From NCBI GenBank assembly GCA_030704615.1, contig CM060734.1, forward strand, positions 43,524,001-43,588,000: a DNA stretch of 64,000 nucleotides. Reading direction: 5' to 3'. Shown here piece after piece: positions 1-12,050 of the stretch; the stretch's first letter is position 1, and each line of letters starts with the position of its first letter. The notes beneath the pieces were generated by a model that did not search any database, had not been told where the DNA came from, and worked only from the letters and a program-made list of their open reading frames with translations. Made by a program: the position numbers and the translations under genes. Origin of the DNA: Takakia lepidozioides (taxonomy: Eukaryota > Plantae > Bryophyta).

Positions 1-227
1 ATGAAGAGCTTGTACTGGTAAAGAATTGGATTCCAAAGGATATTTTGTGGATCAAACTCACACCAAGAACAGCTTTTCAGACTTTTGCCATATGGTTATA
101 TGGTAACGGAGACTTCAAGTATAGCCAAGGTGCATTGAAGCTTGAAAGAAACCCAGGCATATACGAGAGATATTACAGAAGAGAGTTTTGGTTATTGCCA
201 CATTAAAAGAAATGAAAGACATGGGAC

Positions 228-2665
228 ATGAGTGATGAAAGAGAAGCTAGACGCCAGAGATATTCAGCAAAAAGAGAAAGCTATCTGAAAGCTAATTATC
301 CATATCTTTGGGAGAGAGGAATAGACATAGGGGAATCATCTGGACCTCTCACACCATTAAGATCAAAGAGTACATCACTATACCGGAAGAACTAGAGTGG
401 ATGCCACTCCTTCTGTTTCTTTGCAAGAAAGATTAAGGGAATTGGTACAGGAAGAAGATCAATCACGAGGTGAAAGATCTGAGGTACATCCCTGGATAAA
501 AGATTTGACATAATCTTTGATAAGATTTGGCATGGAACACCAAAAGCAGGAACTCCAGTTTCTGAAGCAGAAGGTGAAGAAGGAGAAGAGGATGTGGCAG
601 AGCCAACGGAGAGTTCAGACTCTCCAACACCATTCACAGTTGAGTTACATGAGTGAAGAAGAAACCCAAGGGCAGAACTTGAAGGATGAAAACAGAGAGA
701 AGAAATTGGAAGAGGAAGAACATGAAGAAGTAGACCCAACAGCTGAGGTTGAGACTACAACCAGGACATCCCAACCCGTTGGACCTGGATCAAGTGGAGC
801 ACTTGGATCACAGGCCAACGAAGGTGTCGGCTCAGGGGGATCAGGCGGGCGGCCTGGATCTGGCTCTGGGGGACAGGGAGTGTGGGAAGTATGCAACTGA
901 AGTGGGAATACTGTGAATATCGTGGGGCTAGAAGCAGGGAGTGCTCAAGGGCCACCACTTGGTGGAAGATCCACCACAAAAACAACAGGACCAGAAGGAC
1001 CAGCACCAGCCAAGGTGCCAGCACCTGTCAGTGGGCAGAAGGTAGGGCCACAGATGGCGTTACAACCAACACGGGCAAAACCACCCTTTCAATATATTCA
1101 GGAAAAGGGGATCCCGATGTACACATTAGCCAATTTGAGCACATGTGTATAGTGAACAATGAGAATGGCGATGATGCCAAGATGAGACTGTTTCCTTGTT
1201 CACTTATCAAGAAAGCAAGTGAATGGTATGCAAGATTCCCTGATAATCATTTCCTAACCTGGAATGGCTTGAATACAACATTCGAAATAGGTTCAGGACA
1301 AGTAAACTGAGGATGAAGTGTATGGAAGTTTACAACAGCTGAAGCAGAAGAAGCATGAAACTGTTGAAGAGTATATGGAGAAGATGGAATTGATGATGAA
1401 AAAGCTGGCTGCAGTACCAACACCCGGGTTACTGAAGACTTGGTTTGTGAGTGGACTAAGACCAGAGTTGCAAAAGAAAGTGGATATGTTACCCCATAAC
1501 ACAGTGAGGAGGCATTTGAAACTGCGAACAGAATTGAGCAACGGGAATGCTCAGGAGAGAGAAAAAAGAAGATGAGGACTCTGAGGATGAGTCAGATGAA
1601 GAAGAAGAGCAAGAACTAAAAAGAAAGAGTAAGAGAAAGGAGAAGTTGAAGAGGGATAACTATGAAAAAAAATTGGAAGAAATCTTGAAGAAGTATGCCA
1701 CAGAGGCTGCAACACATGGAGGAAGGGTGTATGGTGTGCAAAGTGCCAGAATGAAGGCCATACCACCACAGAATGCCACATGAAGGAGAAACGCTGTACT
1801 ATCTGTAAAATGGATAACCATTCTACTGAGAATTGTTACTACAACAGAAGGACAGCTGCAAGAGAACCTAGGCAAGTAAGGTGCATCAGGTGCAGCCAGC
1901 CAAGAAGAAATAATGATCAGGACCACTATGGTAGGTCTGGTGGTTATAACAATGGCATGGAAGGGAGAGTAATTCAAGAGGGGATTACCAGGAAATTCCA
2001 GAGGCAACTATCAGGGTAATCCAAGGGAAATTACCAGCCCGGGAATCAGGATTATAGAAATAATCCAAGAACAGACCAAGGCGAGGACCCAATGGTGAAG
2101 AGCTATGTTACTATTGTATCAGCCAGGACATCGCAAGGCAGCCTGTTCATTCTGGATAAGACACCAGAATGAGATGAGAGCTCCTGTGAATGAGGGCCCA
2201 GTGGTGGCAGCTCACATGGTTAGGCCATGTGTTGTACCAGAAGTAAGTACAATGATAGTAACAAGAAGTAAAGCCAAACTAATACTCCAGTAGAAGAGGA
2301 AGAAGATGAGAATGGAAGTGGCAATGATATGCCTGAAGATGAAGAGACTGGAAAGATGAGAAGGAACTGCACAAGGAAGTGGCAGATACTATAAGGGAAA
2401 TGCAAAGAGTACTGATATTCCTGTGGCAGATTCCTCTGATTCGGATGAAGAATGGAGTGAGGAAGAAAGGAAAAAAAAAGATGCAGACATGCAAAGTAAT
2501 GAAGAGACTTTGGCTGCAGTAATATGTCAGACCAAAGCAGAAATTACCATTGGACAGCTATTAGCATGTGGACCGTATTGTAGGCACAGGCTGTATCAAG
2601 CAATCAATAGAATTGCCCAAGAGACGGAAACAACAGACCTGAACAGCAAGGTGCACCAGTTATAA
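228..2665 (+). pseudogene. gag of copy A (multiply frameshifted)
   Basis: ORF pieces match the intact gag at 18411-20816 (YSGKGDPDVHISQFEHMC...LFPCSL, Cys/His knuckles). Many 1-nt indels. Confidence 0.9.
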
Positions 2666-5600
2666 TGTGAAGCCCGGAAGGGCGAGAACCAGTCATGGAC
2701 TTTGATGATTCTATGCCAGTAATCCAATTGAGAATTGGAAGCACAGAACTAACTGATGTACTGATAGTGGTGGTTCTGGAGTAAATATCATGACAGACCA
2801 ATTAAGGAAGAAGCTTGGTCTAAGTAACATGAAACCAGCCCCATTTACAGTAACAATGGCAGATCAAAGAAGTGTACAGCCATTGGGATTAATAAGAGGA
2901 GTTAAGATACAGATACAAAAATGATCTTTATGATCACAGTAACTGTATTAAAATGGATGAAGTCATGGAGGCTTACTCCTTATTATTGGGACGTCCGTGG
3001 CTGAAACAGGCCAGGATATTCCATGACTGGAATTCTCAGTTACTAACCGTGCATAATGGGATACACGAGATACAAATTACCACAAAGAAATCTAGTAGAT
3101 TACCTGCTACAAGAAGACCTCGAGGAGTCAGAGAGTATGACTGGAGAGGAGGACTGGATGAGGAGCAGGAAGCTACCCTATTTGCTGCACACCCAGAGTG
3201 GGAGCAGGTTGCAGAGATGCGGCTGGAAAGCCTAAGTTGTTTGAGAGGTATCTGCTGTGGTGTAGTGACAGCAACACCAACTGAAGAGGAAACTAGCATT
3301 TACCCATCACATTTCTATGAAGAGAGAGAAGGAGAAATAGAAATCCTAGAAGAACCAGCCACTGTGAGCTTACAGGATGAAGTGGTGACTGGTTGGACAA
3401 TCACAGCTGATGAGCAGGTGAGAGAAGTAAATGTGGGAACTCAGGAGGAACCGAGGATGGTGAAAGTAGGAGCTGATTTGGAGCCGGAATTCTTCGAAGA
3501 AGCTAAAGCTTGTTCATCAAATACAGAGATGTATTTGCTTGGAGCTATGAGGATCTAAAAGGGATACCACCTGAAGTCTGTCAGCATAAGATTGAACTGG
3601 AACCAGGGTCAGTACCAATCAAGCAGGCGAGGTATAGAATGAATCCCAACTACGCACAGAAGGTTGGAGAAGAGATAAAGAAGTTGGCTGAGGCTAAGTT
3701 TATATACCCAATAGAGTATACAACTTGGTTGTCACCCATTGTTATAGTTCCCAAGAAGAATGGCAAACTAAGAGTATGTGTGAACTATAAGAAGCTGAAT
3801 GCTTGTACGAAGAAAGATCCTTTCCCTTTGCCATTCACAGAAGCAGTATTAGACACTGTGGCAGGCCATGAGATGTACTCATTCATGGATGGCTTCAGTG
3901 GTTATAATCAAGTGCAAGTGGCAGAAGAAGACCAAGGGAAAACAGCTTTCATCACAGACTGGGGGGCTTATGCATACAAAGTCATGCCCTTTGGACTTTG
4001 TAATGCACCAGCGACCTTTCAGAGAGTGATAAGTGAATCTTTTCATGAGTATCTGGATGATTTCATGCAGGTATTCTTGGATGATTTCAGTGTGTACAGC
4101 TCTAAGAGTGAGCACTTGCATAAATTGGAGTTATGTTTGGCCAGATGCAGGATGAGAGGTCTGGGCCTGAATCCAGAGAAGTGTACTTTCTGTGTGAACT
4201 CAGGGGTGCTTCTGGGACACATTGTGTGTAAGAAGGGACTCCTTTGGATCCCAGAAAGACAGAGTCCATTAAAGCCTCTCCACCACCAGTGAATGTTAAA
4301 AGTCTACGGAGATTCCTTGGGCAAACCAGTTATTACAGGAGATTTGTCAAAAGGTATGCACAAATAGCAGCACCATTGAGCAAACTACTGAAGAAAGATG
4401 CAGTGTTTGTCTGGACAGCTGAATGTCAACAGGCATTTGAGGAACTTACACTGTCAGTAACAACTACACCTGTGCTGATTAACCCTCACTGGCATGTAGT
4501 ATTCCATGTTCATTGCGATGCATCAGGAGAAGCGTTGGGAGCGGTGTTAGCCCAGAATGTTACAGGGAATATAGATTCACCTGTGTACTATGCTAGCCGG
4601 TTGATGAACAGTGCTGAGAGGAACTATAGCACAACGGAAAGAGAAGCATTGGCAATGATTTATGCAGTCAAGAAATTCAGGCATTACCTATTGGGAAGAA
4701 AGTTTATGTTTTATGTGGATCACCAGGCTCTGATATATCTGGTGAACAAACCTTTGATAAGTGGAAGGATAGCGAGGTGGTTAATAATCTTGCATGAGTT
4801 TGAGTTCGAGGTTATTTACAAGCCTGGCCGTTTGCATCTTGTGGCAGATCATTTGTCACGACTAACAACAGGAGAGGCCGCCACAGGAGTGGACGATCAG
4901 TTACCTGATGCGAGTTTATTTGTAATGGAGGTGCAAGGAAGTGCAGATGAATGGTTAGATTGGCAGTGGCCAATCAGATACTACCTTGCTCATGGTCAGT
5001 GCCCACCTAGTTATGGTAAGGAGCAGAGGAAGAGAATCGCTATCAAAGCTTTACCTTATACTATGGTAGGAAGCAGAATGTATAAGTTAGGACCTGATGG
5101 AGTACTAAAACGATGCTTGTACCACCATGAAGTAAATAAAGTTTTGGCGGAAGTACATAAAGGAGTAGCTGGAGGTCATTTTGGAGAAGAGACTACCAGT
5201 AGAAAGATACTACTCGCAGGATACTGGTGGCCTACTTTGTTCAAAGATGTACACGAGTATTGTCAGAAGTGTGATGAATGTCAGAGGCTAGGACCTTTGC
5301 AGAGATCTGGAAGGATGGCCTTGCATCCTACAATGCCTACGGAACCATTTCAGAAATGGGGACTAGACTTTGTTGGACCAATTAATCCACCATCCAAGAA
5401 TACACGAAACAGGTACATAATTACAGCCACTGATTATACTACAAAGTGGGTGGAAGCTAAAGCTTTGAGGGACAACACAGCCAAGTCCACAGCAAGGTTC
5501 CTGTACGAGAACATACTTACACGATTTGGATGTCCCTTAGAATTTATCAGTGATCAAGGAAGTCACTTCATGAATGAGACCATTGAGTTGTTGACTAAAG

Positions 5601-6826
5601 AGTTTATGATTGTGCATAGAAAGAGTACAACATATTACCCACAGGGTAATGGGCAGGCAGAAGCTACCAACAAAATACTATGTACTATCTTGACTAAGAT
5701 AGTCAATGCAAACAGAACGGATTGGGATACGAAGCTGCTGACAGCTTTGTGGTCATACAGGACTTCATATAAAGTCACCACTAAGTATACACCATTCCAA
5801 TTAGTTTATGGTATGGAAGCCTTACTTCCAGTGGAATTCCTGTTACCTACCATGAGAACGGAGTGGGGAAAAAGAATGGAATTGCAAGACTCCATCAAGG
5901 TCAGGAAACATGAATTATACCATGTGGAAGAAGTACGTGCTGATGCAGCTGATAATATGACCAGAATTCAGATGAAGAGAAAGGAACAGTTTGATGAAGG
6001 CAAGTTAAAGACTTTTAAGACGGGGGATTTGGTTCTATGGTTACAAAAGAAAAGAAAGATTCAAGCTTCTAAGCTTAAATCACCATGGAAAGGACCTTAT
6101 GTCATACAAAAGATGTATGATAACAACACCGCCATGTTACAAACCATTAACAAAGAAATGCTGGGAAGAGTCAATGCAAATAAGTTGAAGGGGTACAGTG
6201 GTATCCACGACAAACCCCTGCAGCATGATTTGCATATAGAACCGCAAGAGCAGTCACGGGCTGCACCAGTGTTACGAACGGAGTATAAAACACTTGTCGC
6301 TAGGCCCAGCATATATGACCAGGGTGGGCAAAACAAACGTGACACAGCCTATCACAGCCCATCAAGGCAAAGCACAGCCTATCACAGCCCATCAAGGCGC
6401 AACACAGCCTATCACAGCCCATCACGACGTGACACAGCCTATCACAGCCCATCACAACGTGACACAACCTATCACAGCCCATCAAGGCAAAGCACAGCCT
6501 ATCACAGCCCATCACGACGTGACACAGCCTATCACAGCCCATCACGACGTGACACAACCTATCACAGCCCAGCAAGGCGCAACACAACCTATCACAGCCC
6601 AGCACGGCGCAACACAGCCTATCACAACCTACCACAGCGTGTCACAGCCTATCACAGCTTACCACAGTGCATCACAGCCTATCACAGCGTAACACAGTAT
6701 GACACAGCCTGTCACAACTCAACACAGCCTACTAAAGTTACACCATCCATAGAATCAGTGACAAGTGGACACATAATAACTTCAGGAAAATGGATGACGG
6801 AAGAGAAAAAACGGAAATTACTTTAA
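2666..6826 (+). pseudogene. pol of copy A: aspartic protease, reverse transcriptase, RNase H, integrase (frameshifted)
   Basis: RT motifs DGFSGYNQ, MPFGLCNAPATFQR, FLDDF. RNase H CDASGEALGAVL, NYSTTEREALA, VDHQAL. Integrase HHCC, WGLDFVGP, SDQGSHF, PQGNGQAEATN, WKGPY. Confidence 0.95.
6340..6720 (+). repeat. 30-bp tandem repeat (CACAGCC-rich) encoding TAYHSPSRRx at the integrase C-terminus
   Basis: About 12 units such as gacacagcctatcacagcccatcacgacgt. Copy B has a shorter array (~22910-23200). Confidence 0.9.
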
Positions 6827-9800
6827 AAATAGACACGTGGAGGTCAGGGCGAGACACACAGCAGACAATGAAGTGCAAGGACAAGTGTCAAAAAGAAAGA
6901 AGACAAGAACGGCCGTCAAAAGGGATGAAAGCCAGGCCCATTAATGAGTACGGAAAAAGGGAAACGGAACGAACGGCAAGTACAGAAAAGCCGAATTCTT
7001 GTCACATGTGTGATCCTAGTGGACTATCCAAGAGGGAAAGTCCACTAAAGAAGATAAAATCTAAAATCCAGTCACAGCGGATACAGCCAATAAAAAACCA
7101 AAGAAATGATCAAGAAAATGGAGGGAAATTGAGCGCAAGAGGCGGCGTCGTTCTGAGTAACGGGCGTCTCGACAGGACAGGCCATAAATGCTATAACTTG
7201 GAAACTATGGAGGAACTAACAGACTATACGCTCGCAATATTACTTACGCAGTGGCATAGACACGAAAGGACAGAGAGGAGCTTTTCTCTTGAGCGATGCT
7301 TGCAAGCCCCGCAGGCTTACAAGAAATTACCCATAGCTTTCTGCGGCAACCATACGTTTATGTTTTGTGCACTACAGGCATTCCTGCAGTTGTTACAGCC
7401 AAAACAGTTCTGTGAGTCTAAAATGAAGAGAGTGAGAGGAATGGAGGAAATCAGGGTGAAGAGCACCACAATTCTGCAGAAACAAACGATTGCTACCCCA
7501 CAGGCGATACAGATACTGGAGGAGCTGAGATTGCAAGGATTGCAAAGCCTAGATTGGACACTACACCATAGACAGTACATGTTACAATTTTTGCAGAACT
7601 TTGAGCCAAGGACAGGAACAACAACGGTGAAGGGAGTTGAATTAATGATTACTCCCCTATACCTCCAGCAATTGTTTCGATTGCCAGCAGGTCAGGTGCA
7701 TGTGGAGCAACACAGGGCAAGACTGCAAATAGAGGACTTATTCCAAGAAGGGAGTTTCTTTAAAACTCAGGGTTATGCTTGTACCAAGGCTGTGTACCCA
7801 GGGTTAAAAGAGGTAGGCCAGGTATTGAACGTTCTGATTGCCATGAAACAGAACCAACAGTATTTGAGCAGATCCTTCACGGAGGAAATACTCAAAGGCC
7901 TGAAGGGAGGAGAGGTACAATGGGCGGACATAATGTACAACGCACTGGTAGAGGAGATGAAAAGATTACAAGGTACTACCGCAAAGTCTCCTATCATAGT
8001 GTCTGGCCCAATCATTGCTCAAATAATCCTTGATTCTGACATACTTAATGCACAAGAAAGCAAGGAAATGGGAGTGTTTGAGCCAGAAACAACTGCAATG
8101 GAAGAGCAAGGCTCTTCACACAGTGAGGGTGGACTAGCAGCACAACCCGAGACTAAGAGGCAGAGAAGGGGAAAGACTGTAGTGGCGGATCCACTGGCTT
8201 CACGGATTCCGCATGATAATGTTTCCCAAGCTCATGGCCAGGAAGGGGCACAGCAGCACAGAGAAATGCTATTACTGGAAGCATGACCTTCAGAGAGGGA
8301 GGAGGAAGTTACTTCTACATCACAACCATCACAGCCACTTGAACGACTTGTCACAAGGTCACAAGTTATCCATGCAGCTCAACCCGAAATAATTGATTTG
8401 GAAAGTGAAGGGATAGATATTCCAACTACAGAACAGATAGTGGCAGAAATAGAGAAAGGGGACCTTCTCTATGAATATTCTGGTCTGGTCAAAGAGACAG
8501 AAATCCCAGAGGTGCAACAGTTGCCCAAGGGAAATCCTGAGGTGCATATAATACACACACCTGTGTCGGAGGTACCACAGGCGGAAGGTCATGACACTGT
8601 AGCACCGGTGATAGATGAAGTAGTTCAGGAAGAAAATCCGGTGGGACAATGGCCTGAATTGTTAGTGAGACATCACACTATTGAAGATCAGGAGGAACAG
8701 CAGCAACCTCACCATGATGACCCTCAACAGGCAATGCCGATGAGTTCCATAGGCAGGACACTTAATTTGTTGGGGACTTATGTCAAATCCCATGTTCCAA
8801 TTACCCAATTGACCGCCTTGAAAGAGGAACTCAGGAAGGAGTTTGAGGCTCGACTTGCCACTGAGTGTGCAAACAAGGTCGATGAAGAGGTCACTCTCAA
8901 GATGAAGCAGGACTTGGGCAATACTGAAATGGCTTTGCAATTGGCCAAGGAACAATTGATTGAGGCAGGCCTCGCGCAAGACCAGTTGCACGAAGCACAT
9001 AAGCAACAGCTATACCAAATGCAGGTGCAGCATGAAAGCAAGTTGCAAGAAGTGAATGCACTACATACGGAGTTGCAGACAGTGCATCACAGGATGGCGA
9101 TACAATGTGCTACATTTACAACTATGCTTGACCAATCAACAAAAGAAATAAACAGTCAAGCGGAAAAATGTACGAAGGCAGAAGAAGAGAATGTTGAGCA
9201 AATGAAGCTCATTGTCGATATGAAGAATACAATCTGTCGCAATTAAGATACTTTCAAGCAATACAGGCAGATTGAAGCTGATCTAAAGAAGCACATCGTG
9301 GAGTTGCAACAAACCATCATGGCCAATAGAAATGAAATCGCGGTCACTAACAAGGCTTGGAAGGAAGCCAATAATCTACTTGTTGCTTATGCGCAATTGG
9401 TTGAACCTCAGGCAAAGCGCATGGAGGCTTTACAACAGCAGTTGGAATTGTACAAGCTAAGAGAGGAGCAAACTCTCAGGGGAACCACAAGCAGCTTGGT
9501 GGATAACAGCCTTATGTAGGTCTGGTTAGCACAAGGGCCAGTAGAGGGCAAAGCCCCATGGAAGCTCACCCAAAGCGAGATGAATGAGCTCAGGCTGCAG
9601 GTGCAGAACATTGCCACAACTACTATAGACAATGTCTATAGTAGGATAGCAGAGTTACAAGAGGATGTAGACGGACTCCAGACTCAAGTGGAAGACCTCA
9701 CTTCAAACATCGACAAAAGAGTCTATATCCCTCAGGAACAGCTAATGGCTTCTTATTTACAAGCCAGAACTTTGGCTTTTCAGTCTTCACAGGAGGTGCA

Positions 9801-10974
9801 GGAGATGCCAATGATACAAGAGCCAGTACCACCACCACCACAACAAGTCACTGTACCAGTAGCTGAACCTGTGGTTACTACAACCACACCACAGCCACCA
9901 CAGCCGGAGGTATGGGGCAATGCCGCTTTTAACCCACCTAAAACTCCAGCTGCAAGGGAGTACAGCAGGGCTATGCTTATGCCCTTCAACCAAATTCCCA
10001 TCATGTTGGATTTGGCTTGGAAAGAATTTAGTCCTCCGCAGTCATTCGCACATTACTACCAAATCATGCGTATTTGGCTGCCAGTGGCAACTAGGACTAA
10101 AGTTCTTCCAAACAATCGACATATTGAAGATCATCACTTTGCACAACACTGGCACGAGGCAGGTACCATGTTGAGGGAATTGGTTGCTTTCCAGGTTGTA
10201 CATGGACTCATTTATACCAAGACCAAGGAGATAGCAAGTATTGTCATGGGGTGCGGGCTATACTATGCTGCTTGTTTTCTGGTACGTTACCACATTGAGC
10301 AACAAAAGATGCAAACACGCTTTCAAAGTTATTCCAGTGGAGATCATTGGGTATTACCTTCGGTGCCACCTCATATGTACCTATATGACCCAAAAGTTAT
10401 GATGCAAAAGGATTCTCAAATTCGTTCATGGTTTCAAGCTGCCTGCAACCATTTGTCAACACAGAAATTCGGCATTGATGACATTTTCTATAAGGGACAT
10501 GTGGCATGGAAGTACTTGCACGCTGCACCAGTAATTGGTACCCCACTCACCTGGACAGACAAGGAGCTCAGTGTCTACACCAATTTTGCTATTCAGCGGT
10601 TACACCAAGTTGTAAAATGCAAACTTCCAGACATGGTAGGACAGCATTGTATGCCCCAGATGATTCCACAAAAGGTTCGAAAATTAAAACATCTGAGAGG
10701 TGATGAGGATTCTGATACAACTGTTTCTTCACAGAATTCTTTTGACATGGGAGAAGACTATGCAATTCAGATGGCAGAAAAGAAGCGACGGGGGTCTCCT
10801 ATGCCGGAAAGGTTACCTCGATATCAGCCTCCAGAGGGCCTCACTTATCCAGGTAGTGATCAACCATCTCCGTCAACCAGAGACAGACCTCGGGCTCGTA
10901 CACACAGTCCGCCACGAAACTCTCAACGTCAACAAGGTGCTCACTCACAAAGGTTTGCTACTCGGAAACAGTAA
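6790..10974 (+). pseudogene. Extra 3' ORF of copy A (~1390 codons, three in-frame stops); unknown function, central coiled-coil-like segment
   Basis: ORFs starting at 6790, 8398, 9298 and 9580 share one frame. Stops at 8284 and 9244 are sense codons in copy B. The stop at 9517 lies in a 9-nt segment absent from copy B. Confidence 0.85.
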
Positions 10975-10995
10975 ACTGTGAGGACACGGCTTTTT

Positions 10996-11011
10996 GAGGG
11001 GGGAGGGGTAA
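10996..11011 (+). promoter_or_regulatory. Polypurine tract of copy A
   Basis: GAGGGGGGAGGGGTAA immediately before the LTR TG. An equivalent tract lies at ~27456-27471. Confidence 0.9.
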
Positions 11012-12050
11012 TGTTAGAGGACTGTAGGGGACTTAGACACTTATACGGGATCTGTAGGGTACCCTTAATTTTTGCACAGACTGAGACCAACAGGAGCCTT
11101 AGGGGTGACAGCAGCGCACTGTAGAGGGGGGTTACACAGCCCGTCACAGTCGTCACAGTCGACACAGCCAACACAGCCGTCACAGTCGTCACAGCAGACA
11201 CAGCCAACACAGCCGTCACAGTCGTCACAGCAGACACGGCCAACACAGCCCGTCACAGTCGTCACAGCCGACACAGCCAACACAGCCCGTCACAGCAGAC
11301 ACAGCCGACATAGCCACACAGCCACAGCCAGTCACAGCCCGACACAGCCCGTCACAGTTTCGCACAGCCAGTCACAGCCCGTCACAGTTTCACACAGCCA
11401 GTCACAGCTTGACACAGCTGTCACGATCATAGGGAACGAAGAGTAGGACAGGGAACGACTGTGGGGAACAACACCTGCGAAGGGAACATGTTAGTTCACA
11501 GACGACGGTTAGTGAGGAAAACGGTTAGAACCGCGGATAGAAAGATAAAAGGGGACTTCGGGGGAGATGAGGATCATTATTCGGATGAGGACTTCTTAGT
11601 CAGGCTGGAGCGGAGATCGGAAGCAAAGATGGAGAACACGGTGAAGGAGGAAAGAGGATTAGTAGATGCTTGTTATATGCAAAGCTGTAGTGATATTGTA
11701 GAGCAGATTAGAGACACAATGGCTTCGGCCTGATACCTGATAAATCATAATCTGATACTTATACGATACAATCACACTGTGTAGAGAGATCTGAGTGAAG
11801 CTGTGGATTGAATGGATGAGTGAAGGAAACCGATAGATTGATGAAGCAAACTGATACTTAATTATCAATGGTAAGATAGTTAACATGAATACCATAAGGG
11901 AAACAAATAGGAAACAACCCCATGATACACTAGCTGTAGGTCATGACTGATTGTTCTGCGCGGGCTGAGTACTTAGAGATTTCCAACTCTTCAATCTTGG
12001 AGTTTCCGCCTCGAATAGCGAAGGGATGGGTGAGTAGAAGTCGCGCGACA
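11012..12050 (+). repeat. 3' LTR of copy A, with internal CACAGCC/GTCACA minisatellite
   Basis: TGTTAGAGG...TCGCGCGACA. Homologous to 16745-17799 and 27472-28372. Confidence 0.95.

Larger units (their letters stand above)
1..12050 (+). mobile_element. Ty3/gypsy LTR retrotransposon, non-chromovirus type with extra ORFs, copy A (5' end lies outside the window)
   Basis: Domain order gag-PR-RT-RNaseH-INT, no chromodomain. Long extra 3' ORF, PPT, and TG...CA 3' LTR at 11012-12050. Colinear with copy B. Confidence 0.95.

Noticed and set aside
6294-6692. QPITAH and GCDRLC repeat ORFs
   Set aside because: Alternate frames of the 30-bp repeat.
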